Shown: piece by piece, positions 18,330 through 28,685 of the stretch
Layout of the letters: every line of letters begins with the position of its first letter
Numbering within the stretch: the first letter of the stretch is position 1
Origin: Bdellovibrio sp. ZAP7
GTDB taxonomy: Bacteria > Bdellovibrionota_B > Oligoflexia > Oligoflexales > RGVZ01
NCBI GenBank assembly: GCA_945900755.1
Contig: CAMDKS010000009.1
Coordinates: 10,702-74,701, forward strand
Direction of reading: 5' to 3'
Length of the DNA stretch: 64,000 bases
Notes under the pieces: model-generated
Told to the model about the DNA's origin: nothing
The model's database searches: none
Seen by the model: the letters and a program-made list of their open reading frames with translations, nothing else
Program-made: the position numbers and the translations under genes

Positions 18330-18962
18330 CTATTTAGTCCTCGCCTTTTTGGCCGTCTTTTTAGGTGTAGATTTCTTCGCTGCAGGCTTCTTCACTGCAG
18401 GTTTCTTCACTGCAGGTTTTTTAGCCGAAGACTTGACGCAGCCGTCCCAGGCCGGTTTTTTTACTTTGTCACCTGAAAAAATTCGCATCAGTTTTTTTTG
18501 TTCGGAGAACATTCGCTTTTTTTCTTCGGATTTTTTGTGATCATGTCCCACCAAGTGCAACACTCCGTGGATAATTAAAAAACAAATCTCTTTGTCCAAT
18601 TGATGCTTCGACAGTTTCGCGTTTGCAGCCGCATCGTCTGTCGATATCACAATATCGCCAAGAGGAAGCGGATTAAGGATTGGACGAGTCGACGGTGGAT
18701 GGTCTTGGAATTTTAGCGCCCGCTTCCATTTATACTGAGGAAAGGCCAATACGTCAGTTGATTGATTTTTATCGCGATACTGAGCATTTAAAGCCTGCAT
18801 GGCTTTCGGCGATACGAATTGCACACAAACCTCGTAGTGCGCAACACGGAGGCGTCGACAGATCTCAGCCGCAAGAGCTGTAACCAGTTTACGATTTACT
18901 TTGTAGGAGCGATAGTTGTTCATCACGTGAACGCTGGCGGTAGAATTGAGTGGCATTTTCAC
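18330..18962 (-). CDS. ybeY: endoribonuclease YbeY with Lys/Ala/Pro-rich C-terminal tail
   Basis: Zinc site HGVLHLVGHDH. About 60 extra C-terminal residues end in KKPAVKKPAVKKPAAKKSTPKKTAKKARTK. The start is GTG 18962 or, more likely, ATG 18956 behind AAGGTGA. Confidence 0.9.
   Translation of the reverse strand: MKMPLNSTASVHVMNNYRSYKVNRKLVTALAAEICRRLRVAHYEVCVQFVSPKAMQALNAQYRDKNQSTDVLAFPQYKWKRALKFQDHPPSTRPILNPLPLGDIVISTDDAAANAKLSKHQLDKEICFLIIHGVLHLVGHDHKKSEEKKRMFSEQKKLMRIFSGDKVKKPAWDGCVKSSAKKPAVKKPAVKKPAAKKSTPKKTAKKARTK
18372..18416 (-). repeat. 3 x 15-bp in-frame tandem repeat encoding the KKPA(V/A) units of the YbeY tail
   Basis: tttcttcgctgcagg / cttcttcactgcagg / tttcttcactgcagg, read directly on the plus strand. 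Confidence 0.9.
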
Positions 18963-19322
18963 CTAAGTTTGGCGGCGAGGGGGGTCAAAGGCAATAATTT
19001 TATCAGACTCGGCACGATCATCATCCTCGTCGACTCCGGAATTATATCCATTATTATCGTCATCAATAATCTTTACCGCGCCTGGCTGGCCGCAAAGTTC
19101 TTGCAAATCACTGATCCTTGGCGTCGTTTTAACATCATTGGACGGTGAAGCCATATCAGCCACAGAATTTTGCGCACGGAGTGCTGCTTCTTTATCCGTT
19201 CGAATCACTTTTTCCGCAAACGTAATGAGAGCCGACATCGATAGCGGCTCCGGGAATTTCCGGGCGCCACCAGTTCTGGCATTTGACGGTTTTGTAGGAT
19301 TCGCAGGATTAGACATTTTCAA
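18963..19322 (-). CDS. hypothetical acidic protein (119 aa)
   Basis: ORF is contiguous with ybeY (its stop TAG is immediately followed by the ybeY start region). No recognisable domain. Confidence 0.5.
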   Translation of the reverse strand: MKMSNPANPTKPSNARTGGARKFPEPLSMSALITFAEKVIRTDKEAALRAQNSVADMASPSNDVKTTPRISDLQELCGQPGAVKIIDDDNNGYNSGVDEDDDRAESDKIIAFDPPRRQT

Positions 19323-19406
19323 TATTTACCTTTGATATAATGTATCTCGGTAAGTCTATCATGATTTGATGGGTCATTTCCACTCGCCGCACCTAAACCT
19401 CTAATA

Positions 19407-20117
19407 CTAGGCATGAAACTTCGTCCATTTGCGTGAGTACCAAGGTAGCCCTTGGAGCTCAAAACGACGAAGAAAGAAGCTTGAATAGTCGGTATCCCCG
19501 AACACAGGCAAGACAGCTGTTTCTTGAAATCCAGAACGATCAACCAAGCTGCATGCGTCGGTAAAATAGGGCAAATGATCTGTTTTTAGCCACAGGAAAC
19601 CACCGCTTCCGAGCTGATCCCACAAAGTAGAGCAAAAATTACTTGAGTAAAGGCGATTATGAGCGTGGCGAATTTTTTTCCATGGATCAGGAAAGAACGT
19701 CACGAAACCTGAGACTTCTTTGGCTGCAAATAAATCTTTGAGCCCACCTGCATTAGCTAACACGACAAATACGTTTTTTAAGCCTCGGTCACGAGCTCGC
19801 TCAGCCGTTTGAACGACTCGCTTAAACGTGATATCCACGCCCACAAATAGGGATTCAGGGTGGGCTTCAGCCATATCGCAAAGAGTATGTCCTGAGTGGC
19901 ATCCGATTTCGACAATGAGTGGCATCTGTGATTTGTCGCCACTTACGGCCACAAATTTTTCTCGCCAGTTTCCCGGAAAATTCCGAAGCGTCGGACCCAT
20001 AGCAATCGGCAACGATCCAGAACTTTGGCCGTCCATAAATTTTGTTACAAACGCGTTACAGTCCTTGCTGAATTTGGCGACAACGTCTTCAAAAATATCG
20101 TTGGTACGAACCGGCAT
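19407..20117 (-). CDS. trmB: tRNA (guanine-N7)-methyltransferase
   Basis: EIGCHSG SAM-binding region and the FFPDPWKKIRH signature. Confidence 0.88.
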   Translation of the reverse strand: MPVRTNDIFEDVVAKFSKDCNAFVTKFMDGQSSGSLPIAMGPTLRNFPGNWREKFVAVSGDKSQMPLIVEIGCHSGHTLCDMAEAHPESLFVGVDITFKRVVQTAERARDRGLKNVFVVLANAGGLKDLFAAKEVSGFVTFFPDPWKKIRHAHNRLYSSNFCSTLWDQLGSGGFLWLKTDHLPYFTDACSLVDRSGFQETAVLPVFGDTDYSSFFLRRFELQGLPWYSRKWTKFHA

Positions 20118-20167
20118 CTCAAAAAACCTTTTGACGAACGCGAAAAAAATTATCCGCTATTTATAAA

Positions 20168-20628
20168 TACCAGAAGGCACAGGACTTGGCAGACCAGCTT
20201 TAAGCCGGATTCTGTCTTCGTTCGCAAGCGAACGGAGGCTGCCATTCATCTGGGTGGATTGTTACCAATCACCTCAAGCGACCTACCCGGGAGACGTCGA
20301 GCCGACGTTCGTTTGACGACTCGCAAAGTTGCCTTTGCTTGCAGCCAAAACCTTCCTCTGTTTGGTCTTGCTCCGGATGGGGTTTGCCGAGCCAGCCTGT
20401 TACCAGGACTGCTGGTGAGCTCTTACCTCACCGTTTCACCCTTACCGCCGCCGTGATAAATCACGTCGGGTTGGCGGTTTACTCTCTGTTGCACTTTCCG
20501 TCGGGTTCCCCCGCCTGGCCGTTAGCCAGCATCCTGCCCTGTGGAGTCCGGACTTTCCTCCAGCTTGAATCTTGCGACTCTTACCAGCGGCAGCCCACTA
20601 GACTGTCAAATAAACTGTGCCTTCTGAC
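20168..20628 (-). ncRNA. rnpB: RNase P RNA, bacterial type A
   Basis: The minus strand reads GGAGGAAAGTCCGGACTCCACAGGGCAGGATGCTGGCTAACGGCCAGG..AAAGTGCAACAGAGAGTAAACCGCC..GGTAAGGGTGAAA..GGTAAGAGCTCACC..ACAGAATCCGGCTTA, collinear with E. coli M1 RNA. The P1 helix is CAGAAGGCACAG (5' end) pairing with CTGTGCCTTCTG (3' end). End coordinates are good to about 5 nt. Confidence 0.9.
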
Positions 20629-20635
20629 GAGGCGG

Positions 20636-20664
20636 AATGTACGGCTTTATTATTTCAAAGTCAA
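20636..20664 (-). promoter_or_regulatory. sigma-70-type promoter candidate for rnpB
   Basis: The minus strand reads TTGACT-17 nt-TACATT, 7 nt upstream of the inferred 5' end of P1. Confidence 0.5.
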
Positions 20665-20791
20665 CTAATACTTACGACTACACCACTATAAGAATGACCA
20701 ACCTAAATAAGCCTCCTATGGTTATTTTAATGTATTTCTATGGGTGTGGCGTAACGACCCTAGACTAGGGTGCTAGGGGGAGTCGAAATAC

Positions 20792-20806
20792 GGCCCCTTT
20801 GGGGTC
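20792..20806 (-). terminator. GC-rich hairpin (GACCCC-AAA-GGGGCC) followed by GTATTT, possible insulator upstream of the rnpB promoter
   Basis: Read directly. The stem is short and the U-tract weak. Confidence 0.3.
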
Positions 20807-21010
20807 AAGGCTTACACTCCTCACTCAACAAGAAGCACTTAAGGTCCATTTGATCAACCGCCAAAAAGCCACAAATAATTGTTATAAAAGCCGCCGATTG
20901 GAGCAAACCGCACCCTCCTAAAATTCTTAGTATCACTAAATGTTTTGAAGCCGCCGCCGATAATCCAGCACTTGTTTCTTCAGGCTTCAGCATAATAAGG
21001 GGATCACTTT

Positions 21011-22567
21011 ATGTTTGCATCATTTTTATCGAATCCACTTTTTTATTCGGTGCTAGGACTTCTGCCCACCTTGGCCATAGTCTTCACGCCGATCCTAGAA
21101 ATTTCCTTTCTAGAAACAGCGATCTTATCGATCATGGGAAGTGCGTCCTTTCTCATTGGAATCATGAGATTAAATTACAAGAACGAAAAATTATTATCCG
21201 ATCGCAATGACCGGATAAAGGCTCTCGAAGGTGAGCTAGACGCTAGTATCGGCGCTGGAGACACGGGGGCAAGTTTTACACTTGTTCAAAAAAATGCCGA
21301 ACGACGCTTTGAAGTATTGAAACAAGATATCGATACCAAATTGCAACACTCGATCTCAGATGCTGATTCCATCCGAAGCCAATTAGCCGCTGTCACCGAA
21401 GCGCTGACCGAAGAGCGCAAAGCCAAATCAAAGCTTCAAGAGGATTTGGCCGTTCTCGGCGCTAGGAACAATAAGGGCGGAGACGAAAAAAATTCCATCG
21501 GCATGTTAGCCGTCGTACGAGGCCTGGAGGGCGGACTTTCTGAACGCGACGAGCAATTATTAACGCATGAAAATCTGCTGCGCAAAATCTTAGATTTAGT
21601 GCCTGTTATCCACAAGCAACTCGATTCTGTCGTGATGCATACTGAGACCAGTGCCATCGAAATTGGTGATAAGGTTAGATACATTTACGACCAAGCACAG
21701 CTGCACTTAGCTGAGTCCAATGAAATTTCAAATCAGTTTTCAGGCAAGGAGCTTCGCGGATCAAACGGAGATGAACGCCTTTCCCTGTCAGCTGTATTAA
21801 CTGGCGCCCTGCAGTTGTTGAAAGAAATGACTGACATGCTGGAAGAAAATGGCCGACTCAACTTAGAATACTCGAAATCCGCGACACAAATTCTAGAAAA
21901 TACTGCGAGCATTAATAAAATTACGGAAGACATCCAGTACATTTCCGATCAGACGAACTTACTTGCGCTAAACGCCGCCATTGAGGCCGCACGAGCTGGA
22001 GAGCATGGACGTGGATTCAGCGTGGTTGCGGAGGAAGTGCGAAAGCTTTCCGATAGAACCAACCAAGCCTCTAACGACATTACACTAATTGTGGGTAAAG
22101 TGAATGACTCCGTTCAAGAAATTTCAACCTCACTGACTGCAAATCTCGAAAAAACGAAGAACAAGAAATCCTCTGTCGATGTCGCCGTCGCACTTCTGTT
22201 GCACACCGCCAAGGAATCAACCGATGTGTTTTCTCAGCTCGTTGCGAGTTCTGTTTTGACGTCGGAAAAGGTTGCGCACAGCATTGACCAAATCGTTATG
22301 AGCCTCCAGTTTCAGGACATCACTCGCCAAGAGATCCATGGAGCGATTAATCCTCTTAAACAAATCGGGGGACTTGCTGAGGAGATGGTTTCGAGGAGCA
22401 GCCTACGTCCATCAGGAGGCGCAGGTGTACGCCTAACCACAGCTCCAAAGCCCGCAGCAGCACCTGCAGCAGCACCTGCTGCTGCACCTCCGCCACCTGT
22501 CAAGCACGCTGCGCCAGATCATCCTGAAGCAGACTCCGCATCAGGCGGTGACGTACTATTGTTTTAA
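21011..22567 (+). CDS. methyl-accepting chemotaxis protein (no large periplasmic domain)
   Basis: Highly conserved signalling hairpin [39 protein letters not shown]-terminal TM pair, a coiled coil, and an Ala/Pro-rich C-terminal tail. Confidence 0.9.
   Translation: MFASFLSNPLFYSVLGLLPTLAIVFTPILEISFLETAILSIMGSASFLIGIMRLNYKNEKLLSDRNDRIKALEGELDASIGAGDTGASFTLVQKNAERRFEVLKQDIDTKLQHSISDADSIRSQLAAVTEALTEERKAKSKLQEDLAVLGARNNKGGDEKNSIGMLAVVRGLEGGLSERDEQLLTHENLLRKILDLVPVIHKQLDSVVMHTETSAIEIGDKVRYIYDQAQLHLAESNEISNQFSGKELRGSNGDERLSLSAVLTGALQLLKEMTDMLEENGRLNLEYSKSATQILENTASINKITEDIQYISDQTNLLALNAAIEAARAGEHGRGFSVVAEEVRKLSDRTNQASNDITLIVGKVNDSVQEISTSLTANLEKTKNKKSSVDVAVALLLHTAKESTDVFSQLVASSVLTSEKVAHSIDQIVMSLQFQDITRQEIHGAINPLKQIGGLAEEMVSRSSLRPSGGAGVRLTTAPKPAAAPAAAPAAAPPPPVKHAAPDHPEADSASGGDVLLF
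22454..22489 (+). repeat. 3 x 12-bp in-frame repeat (GCAGCAGCACCT) encoding AAAP units in the MCP tail
   Basis: Read directly. Confidence 0.85.
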
Positions 22568-22578
22568 AATTTGATCGG

Positions 22579-24966
22579 CTAAGGATTAAAAAATCCAATC
22601 CGTTCCAACGACGTTTTCAAGACCTGAGCCATCGAGACCCCTCGGTGCTCAGGTTTAAAATAGGCGCTCGTGCTCGCTAAATCACCGGCCACCTCTGCCG
22701 TTGGCCCTTGTGCACCCCAATTGGCCGGTACCTCACGCCAAGAGCCTGCGGGGAAGGATCCTTCTGTCACAGTGTGCAGGGGAATCCAACGGGGATTTTT
22801 TTGACCGCTGGTATTAAATCCGTTAACTCGTACGTCGAGCAGACTCACAGGAATATCGCCAATGGTCTTCCAGCCCTTACCTGCAGACAATTGCTCTGCA
22901 TATAATCCTGAGGCAAAGCGGTGGTTGCCATCGGTGACTTCTATTCCCGTTATCTTAGCCTGCGAATTTGTATACACGTTCAATATCATTTTACTTTTTG
23001 ATTGGAACATAGCTAAACCCTTGTCCGAGCTCCCTGCCATATCCTTTGCCATGGAGACCACCGCCTGCGGACTTCTTAGATAGTCATGCCCTGGGGATGA
23101 TGCGACCATATCCAAGGGCACATTTTTTATGACATCCATTCGCTCGGCTACGCTAATATTTTGATGCAGGCGTTCGGAGTGATTTGACACAGGCTCAAGC
23201 TCGTTTACACCTGCTGGTGCCTTCCGATTTTTACTAGAGCGTTCGGCGGTCGGAATGCAGTCACCGTCACCGCCAAGTCCCATGCAGTTTGGCCCCAATA
23301 GTGGCTTAAGATTTTTTTGTTTAATGGCCGAGACTGCATTAACTGTGAGTTTTCCGGCTTGCACCATTGCAAATCCAAGATCAATTCCCGCATCAACGCA
23401 GGCTTGAATGGCTTTAGACGCATGGAGATCAACCAATTTGATATCACCGCCTCGACTCGCCTGTTCTGCATTCAAAAGCTCTTCATAGCAGGCACCAACA
23501 CCAGCAATGCCAAAATCACCGAGCAGCTTGACGGAGTAAACTGAAACACCAAGATTTAATGTGCCGTAGGCGGTGCCTGCACAGACCGTCCCCCCCGTTG
23601 CCGACGCCACAGTGGCCGAACCTAATGCGCCGACTACAGGCATTGCAGCCATAAATGGTGCTGCGAAAAGGGCCGTTGAACTTTTGTTCGTGTATTCGTC
23701 GTAAAGATTACAAAGAAAAGATCCACCGAGTGTCGCAGATTTAATAGTCGCCGAGATTGCTGCACTGCCTGCGGCAAAACCAAGGGGAATCAAAGCCATG
23801 GTCGCCGACGCATTCGCTATCGTGGCAGCCCATGCAGGTCCCATTGCAGCACCCGCAAATGGGGCAGACCATATCACGAGTGGTATAAATGGTGCTGCAA
23901 TGGCCGCCGCCGTTGCACTGTCGAGGCGTTGGAGTCCTTCTGAAATATTTTTTGATTCAATCTCTAAAAGTGACTTTCGAAGTTCAAGAATCTGTTTTCG
24001 CAATTCAGGCCCCACTCCAAGCGGAGTGTTTAGGGACAGTGACTCTGACAATATAATCTTGTAGGAGTCACTGACGTCAATCTCTGCGGACGTATTCCCT
24101 TTGAGCCCTCGCTCACCGCCAAACCATTCAAGAATGCGACCCTGCATGAGGTTTGAGTAACGCGAAGCCTCCTTCGTTGATTTTATGAACCGTTCGGTTT
24201 GTTCTGCGATAACTGCAAGGTGTCTTTTTACGGCGGCTTCCCATCGAGATCGCTCCCAGACCGCAATTCCACCGGCAGAATTAGGCGGTAGTAGGGCAAG
24301 GCCGTCCAGAAAAATGGTTTCCGAACGATCTTTCGACGCAAGGCCGGCAGTGACGCTCGCGCCAAAAAACGATACAAAAGCTGCGGTCAACTCCGGTGAA
24401 TTTCGAAGTGCGTCCACGTGAAAGTCACTACCTGAAAATTGCCAGCCGCCACCACCGCTGTAGTTAAAACCATATTCTCGTATGATCCGGCTAAAGGGTC
24501 GCATCCAAGACGCCACATCAGAGACGTAGGCCCACGCCAACGATCGAGCGACCCCAAGAGACTCTAAGGTCACAAGCTGGGGCTCGGAAAGGCTTGAGGC
24601 ATCAGACCAAGAAAAGACTTTGTCAAGTAACCAACCAGATGCGACAAAATCACTGGTGAGGGCTACGAGAGCTTTTGCCGCTCCCCGCTTCTGGGCATTG
24701 GCACCGTAGGCCTCGATGAGTTTGTCGGTTGAAGCATTGCGAGATTCTGGTGAGACGACCCCTGATAGTGATTGGGCCGCAATTTTACTAGCGGCTGCAA
24801 TAAGCTCGAGCTGTTGCGGCTCCGTAAGAACTCTCGCACAATTCTCTGCGGTGGCCCGAAGACTTGAGGTATTTGCCTTCCTAGGCCTGCAATCACTGCA
24901 AACGAGCAGCAACAAAATTGAGGTCATCACTCGGATGTGACGAAAAAATGAAACCATACTGGGCAT
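22579..24966 (-). CDS. large lipoprotein-like orphan with Gly/Ala-rich hydrophobic core and C-terminal ParB/sulfiredoxin-like domain
   Basis: Start set at ATG 24966 (GGGAG SD; MPSMVSFFRHIRVMTSILLLLVCSDC has a lipobox-like LLVC). The C-terminus ILNVYTNSQAKITGIEVTDGNHRFASGLY resembles the ParB-N/Srx DGxHR core. Confidence 0.65.
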   Translation of the reverse strand: MPSMVSFFRHIRVMTSILLLLVCSDCRPRKANTSSLRATAENCARVLTEPQQLELIAAASKIAAQSLSGVVSPESRNASTDKLIEAYGANAQKRGAAKALVALTSDFVASGWLLDKVFSWSDASSLSEPQLVTLESLGVARSLAWAYVSDVASWMRPFSRIIREYGFNYSGGGGWQFSGSDFHVDALRNSPELTAAFVSFFGASVTAGLASKDRSETIFLDGLALLPPNSAGGIAVWERSRWEAAVKRHLAVIAEQTERFIKSTKEASRYSNLMQGRILEWFGGERGLKGNTSAEIDVSDSYKIILSESLSLNTPLGVGPELRKQILELRKSLLEIESKNISEGLQRLDSATAAAIAAPFIPLVIWSAPFAGAAMGPAWAATIANASATMALIPLGFAAGSAAISATIKSATLGGSFLCNLYDEYTNKSSTALFAAPFMAAMPVVGALGSATVASATGGTVCAGTAYGTLNLGVSVYSVKLLGDFGIAGVGACYEELLNAEQASRGGDIKLVDLHASKAIQACVDAGIDLGFAMVQAGKLTVNAVSAIKQKNLKPLLGPNCMGLGGDGDCIPTAERSSKNRKAPAGVNELEPVSNHSERLHQNISVAERMDVIKNVPLDMVASSPGHDYLRSPQAVVSMAKDMAGSSDKGLAMFQSKSKMILNVYTNSQAKITGIEVTDGNHRFASGLYAEQLSAGKGWKTIGDIPVSLLDVRVNGFNTSGQKNPRWIPLHTVTEGSFPAGSWREVPANWGAQGPTAEVAGDLASTSAYFKPEHRGVSMAQVLKTSLERIGFFNP

Positions 24967-25005
24967 GTTCAACTCCCGTTGACAATTCGGAACGTTTCCG
25001 CATGA

Positions 25006-27165
<2,160 letters not shown>

Positions 27166-27350
27166 AAGACTGAATGATGGCCATACGCTCCTTTATATAG
27201 ACGCATCCAACTGGGTCAAAGTGTCAAAAAATTCGACACTATGACGTTCTTAGTAAAACCTGTCATAAAATCAAAAAAGACCATCCCAGCAACCCGTTGA
27301 TTGTATAGCCTTATTTTTGACGGCTGGCACTTGCTTGGAGCTTAGACTTG

Positions 27351-27366
27351 TGGCACACCCCTTGCT
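27351..27366 (+). promoter_or_regulatory. sigma-54 (-24/-12) promoter candidate for the small gene at 27438
   Basis: TGGCACACCCCTTGCT has GG-N10-GC spacing, 72 nt upstream of ATG 27438. Confidence 0.55.
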
Positions 27367-27437
27367 TCATATACGGTAAGGGCGAGCTAGCCCCCAAACT
27401 GTGGACGTTGAGTTAAATCTTAATTTGGAGGACCCCC

Positions 27438-27671
27438 ATGGACAAGCAAACCGAGAGCACCGAGAAAACTGTTGAATCCAAAGTTATATCACTTTTCGGA
27501 TCGCGCGTAGGCTCAGATTTGATTGAAAAAAAATCCGACGTTAAAGACGAAGTCTCTGCAGAGAGCTTCTTTGATTCCATGCGTAAAAATGGCGAGAATG
27601 CTGAACGACTTCGCAAAGAGCGCCTTAACGCCAACAAGTCGGTTCTTAAGTCTTATAGAATCAAAAATTAA
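27438..27671 (+). CDS. small hypothetical protein (77 aa)
   Basis: Strong SD (TTGGAGGACCCCC-ATG). Charged protein with a basic helical C-terminus and no known motif. Confidence 0.55.
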   Translation: MDKQTESTEKTVESKVISLFGSRVGSDLIEKKSDVKDEVSAESFFDSMRKNGENAERLRKERLNANKSVLKSYRIKN

Positions 27672-27813
27672 TCCAAAAACTCACTGACCCTTTATCTTTA
27701 TTTGGAGGCGACTAACTGTAGTCTCCAACAATGAGATCCATCTCTGTGATATTTGAACGCTGCCTATCCTTACTGTACTGTTGCACTCACCCTAGCCCCC
27801 AAAAGGATCAATC

Positions 27814-28125
27814 ATGTCTATGCTTCCCTCTGACCCGTCTAAAAACCTTCCTTCCAATCAGCCAACTAGCAAAATTATTTCGTTCTCTGCTTATAAAAAC
27901 AAAGATTCTATAAACAGCGAATTTTCCCATTCGCGTAAGCCTCTCTATGTGAATACCGATGATGGGCGTATTTCTGGAAATCCTGACGTTGCGGTCCAAG
28001 GAGCGCAAGAAGGCGATCTTGGCGATCGCCTTCACAAAATCCGATCTAGCCTTGATCGAATCAATGCCTTGATGGCAGATCTTAAAAAACTATCCGCACA
28101 TCGCGAAAAAGAAAAGTTTAATTAA
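27814..28125 (+). CDS. small hypothetical protein (103 aa)
   Basis: ORF with a weak AAAGGA SD. Helical C-terminus DRLHKIRSSLDRINALMADLKKL. Stop overlaps the hpt stop (TTAA). Confidence 0.5.
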   Translation: MSMLPSDPSKNLPSNQPTSKIISFSAYKNKDSINSEFSHSRKPLYVNTDDGRISGNPDVAVQGAQEGDLGDRLHKIRSSLDRINALMADLKKLSAHREKEKFN

Positions 28126-28661
28126 GTCGTTTGAACTTGCGCGATAAACGGCAATTCACGATACCTTTGATCAAGATCAAGCCCGTAGCCAATTACAAAT
28201 TCATTAGCGATCGAGAAGCCCTGATAGTCCACTTTCACCTGGACCTCACGGGCTTCTGGTTTATTGAGCAACGTACAAAGTCGCAGCGACTTAGGTCGGC
28301 GTTCTCCTAAAATACGAAGCAAATAATCTAGGGTGCGACCTGTATCAATGATGTCTTCGATAAGAATGACATTTTTTCCGGCGATATCGGTGCTTAGGTC
28401 ATGGGTGATTCGTACTGTGCCCGTACTCTTCGTTCCTATATAGCTTGCACAGCCGATGAAATCGACGACCACAGGAGCTTTTATTTCGCGAATAAGATCG
28501 GCCGCAAAAATAAACGCGCCCTTTAAAACGGCGACGACGACCACAAGTTCCCCATTGAGATCCTTAGTCATTTGAGCTCCAATCTCAACAACCCGCTTCC
28601 GAATTTGAACCTCGTCGTATAGTGGTTTAAATTTGATGGTGTCTGGATTGATAGTGCCCAT
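28122..28661 (-). CDS. hpt: hypoxanthine phosphoribosyltransferase
   Basis: PRPP-binding motif VILIEDIIDTGRTL and typical length (179 aa). Confidence 0.92.
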   Translation of the reverse strand: MGTINPDTIKFKPLYDEVQIRKRVVEIGAQMTKDLNGELVVVVAVLKGAFIFAADLIREIKAPVVVDFIGCASYIGTKSTGTVRITHDLSTDIAGKNVILIEDIIDTGRTLDYLLRILGERRPKSLRLCTLLNKPEAREVQVKVDYQGFSIANEFVIGYGLDLDQRYRELPFIAQVQTT

Positions 28662-28685
28662 AAGTTCATTCTCCCTGGAAAAATT

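Noticed and set aside
15679-18416. Short tandem repeats (12-bp and 15-bp units) considered as CRISPR-like or minisatellite arrays
   Set aside because: The units are contiguous with no spacers, are far shorter than CRISPR repeats, and are in frame within coding sequence. No cas genes are present in the window.
20025-20668. Two overlapping plus-strand ORFs (143 and 109 aa)
   Set aside because: They lie antisense to an unmistakable RNase P RNA. They are artefacts of the G+C-rich structured RNA gene.
20805-20993. 62-aa minus-strand ORF divergent from the MCP gene
   Set aside because: It has no SD and no recognisable motif. The only support is one hydrophobic segment and a weak downstream hairpin, which is not enough to call a gene.
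22579-24966. Classifying the ParB-like orphan as a classical polymorphic toxin cassette
   Set aside because: No small immunity-type ORF follows the toxin-like C-terminus, because the next gene is a convergent MCP 11 bp away. No secretion-system or Rhs/filamentous-repeat delivery domains are visible. The ParB-like domain observation is kept, but the toxin label is not asserted.
27323-27338. First TGGCAC (CTGGCACTTGCTTGGAG) as a sigma-54 promoter
   Set aside because: The -12 position reads TGGAG rather than TTGC(A/T). Only the second site (27351) has proper GG-N10-GC geometry.
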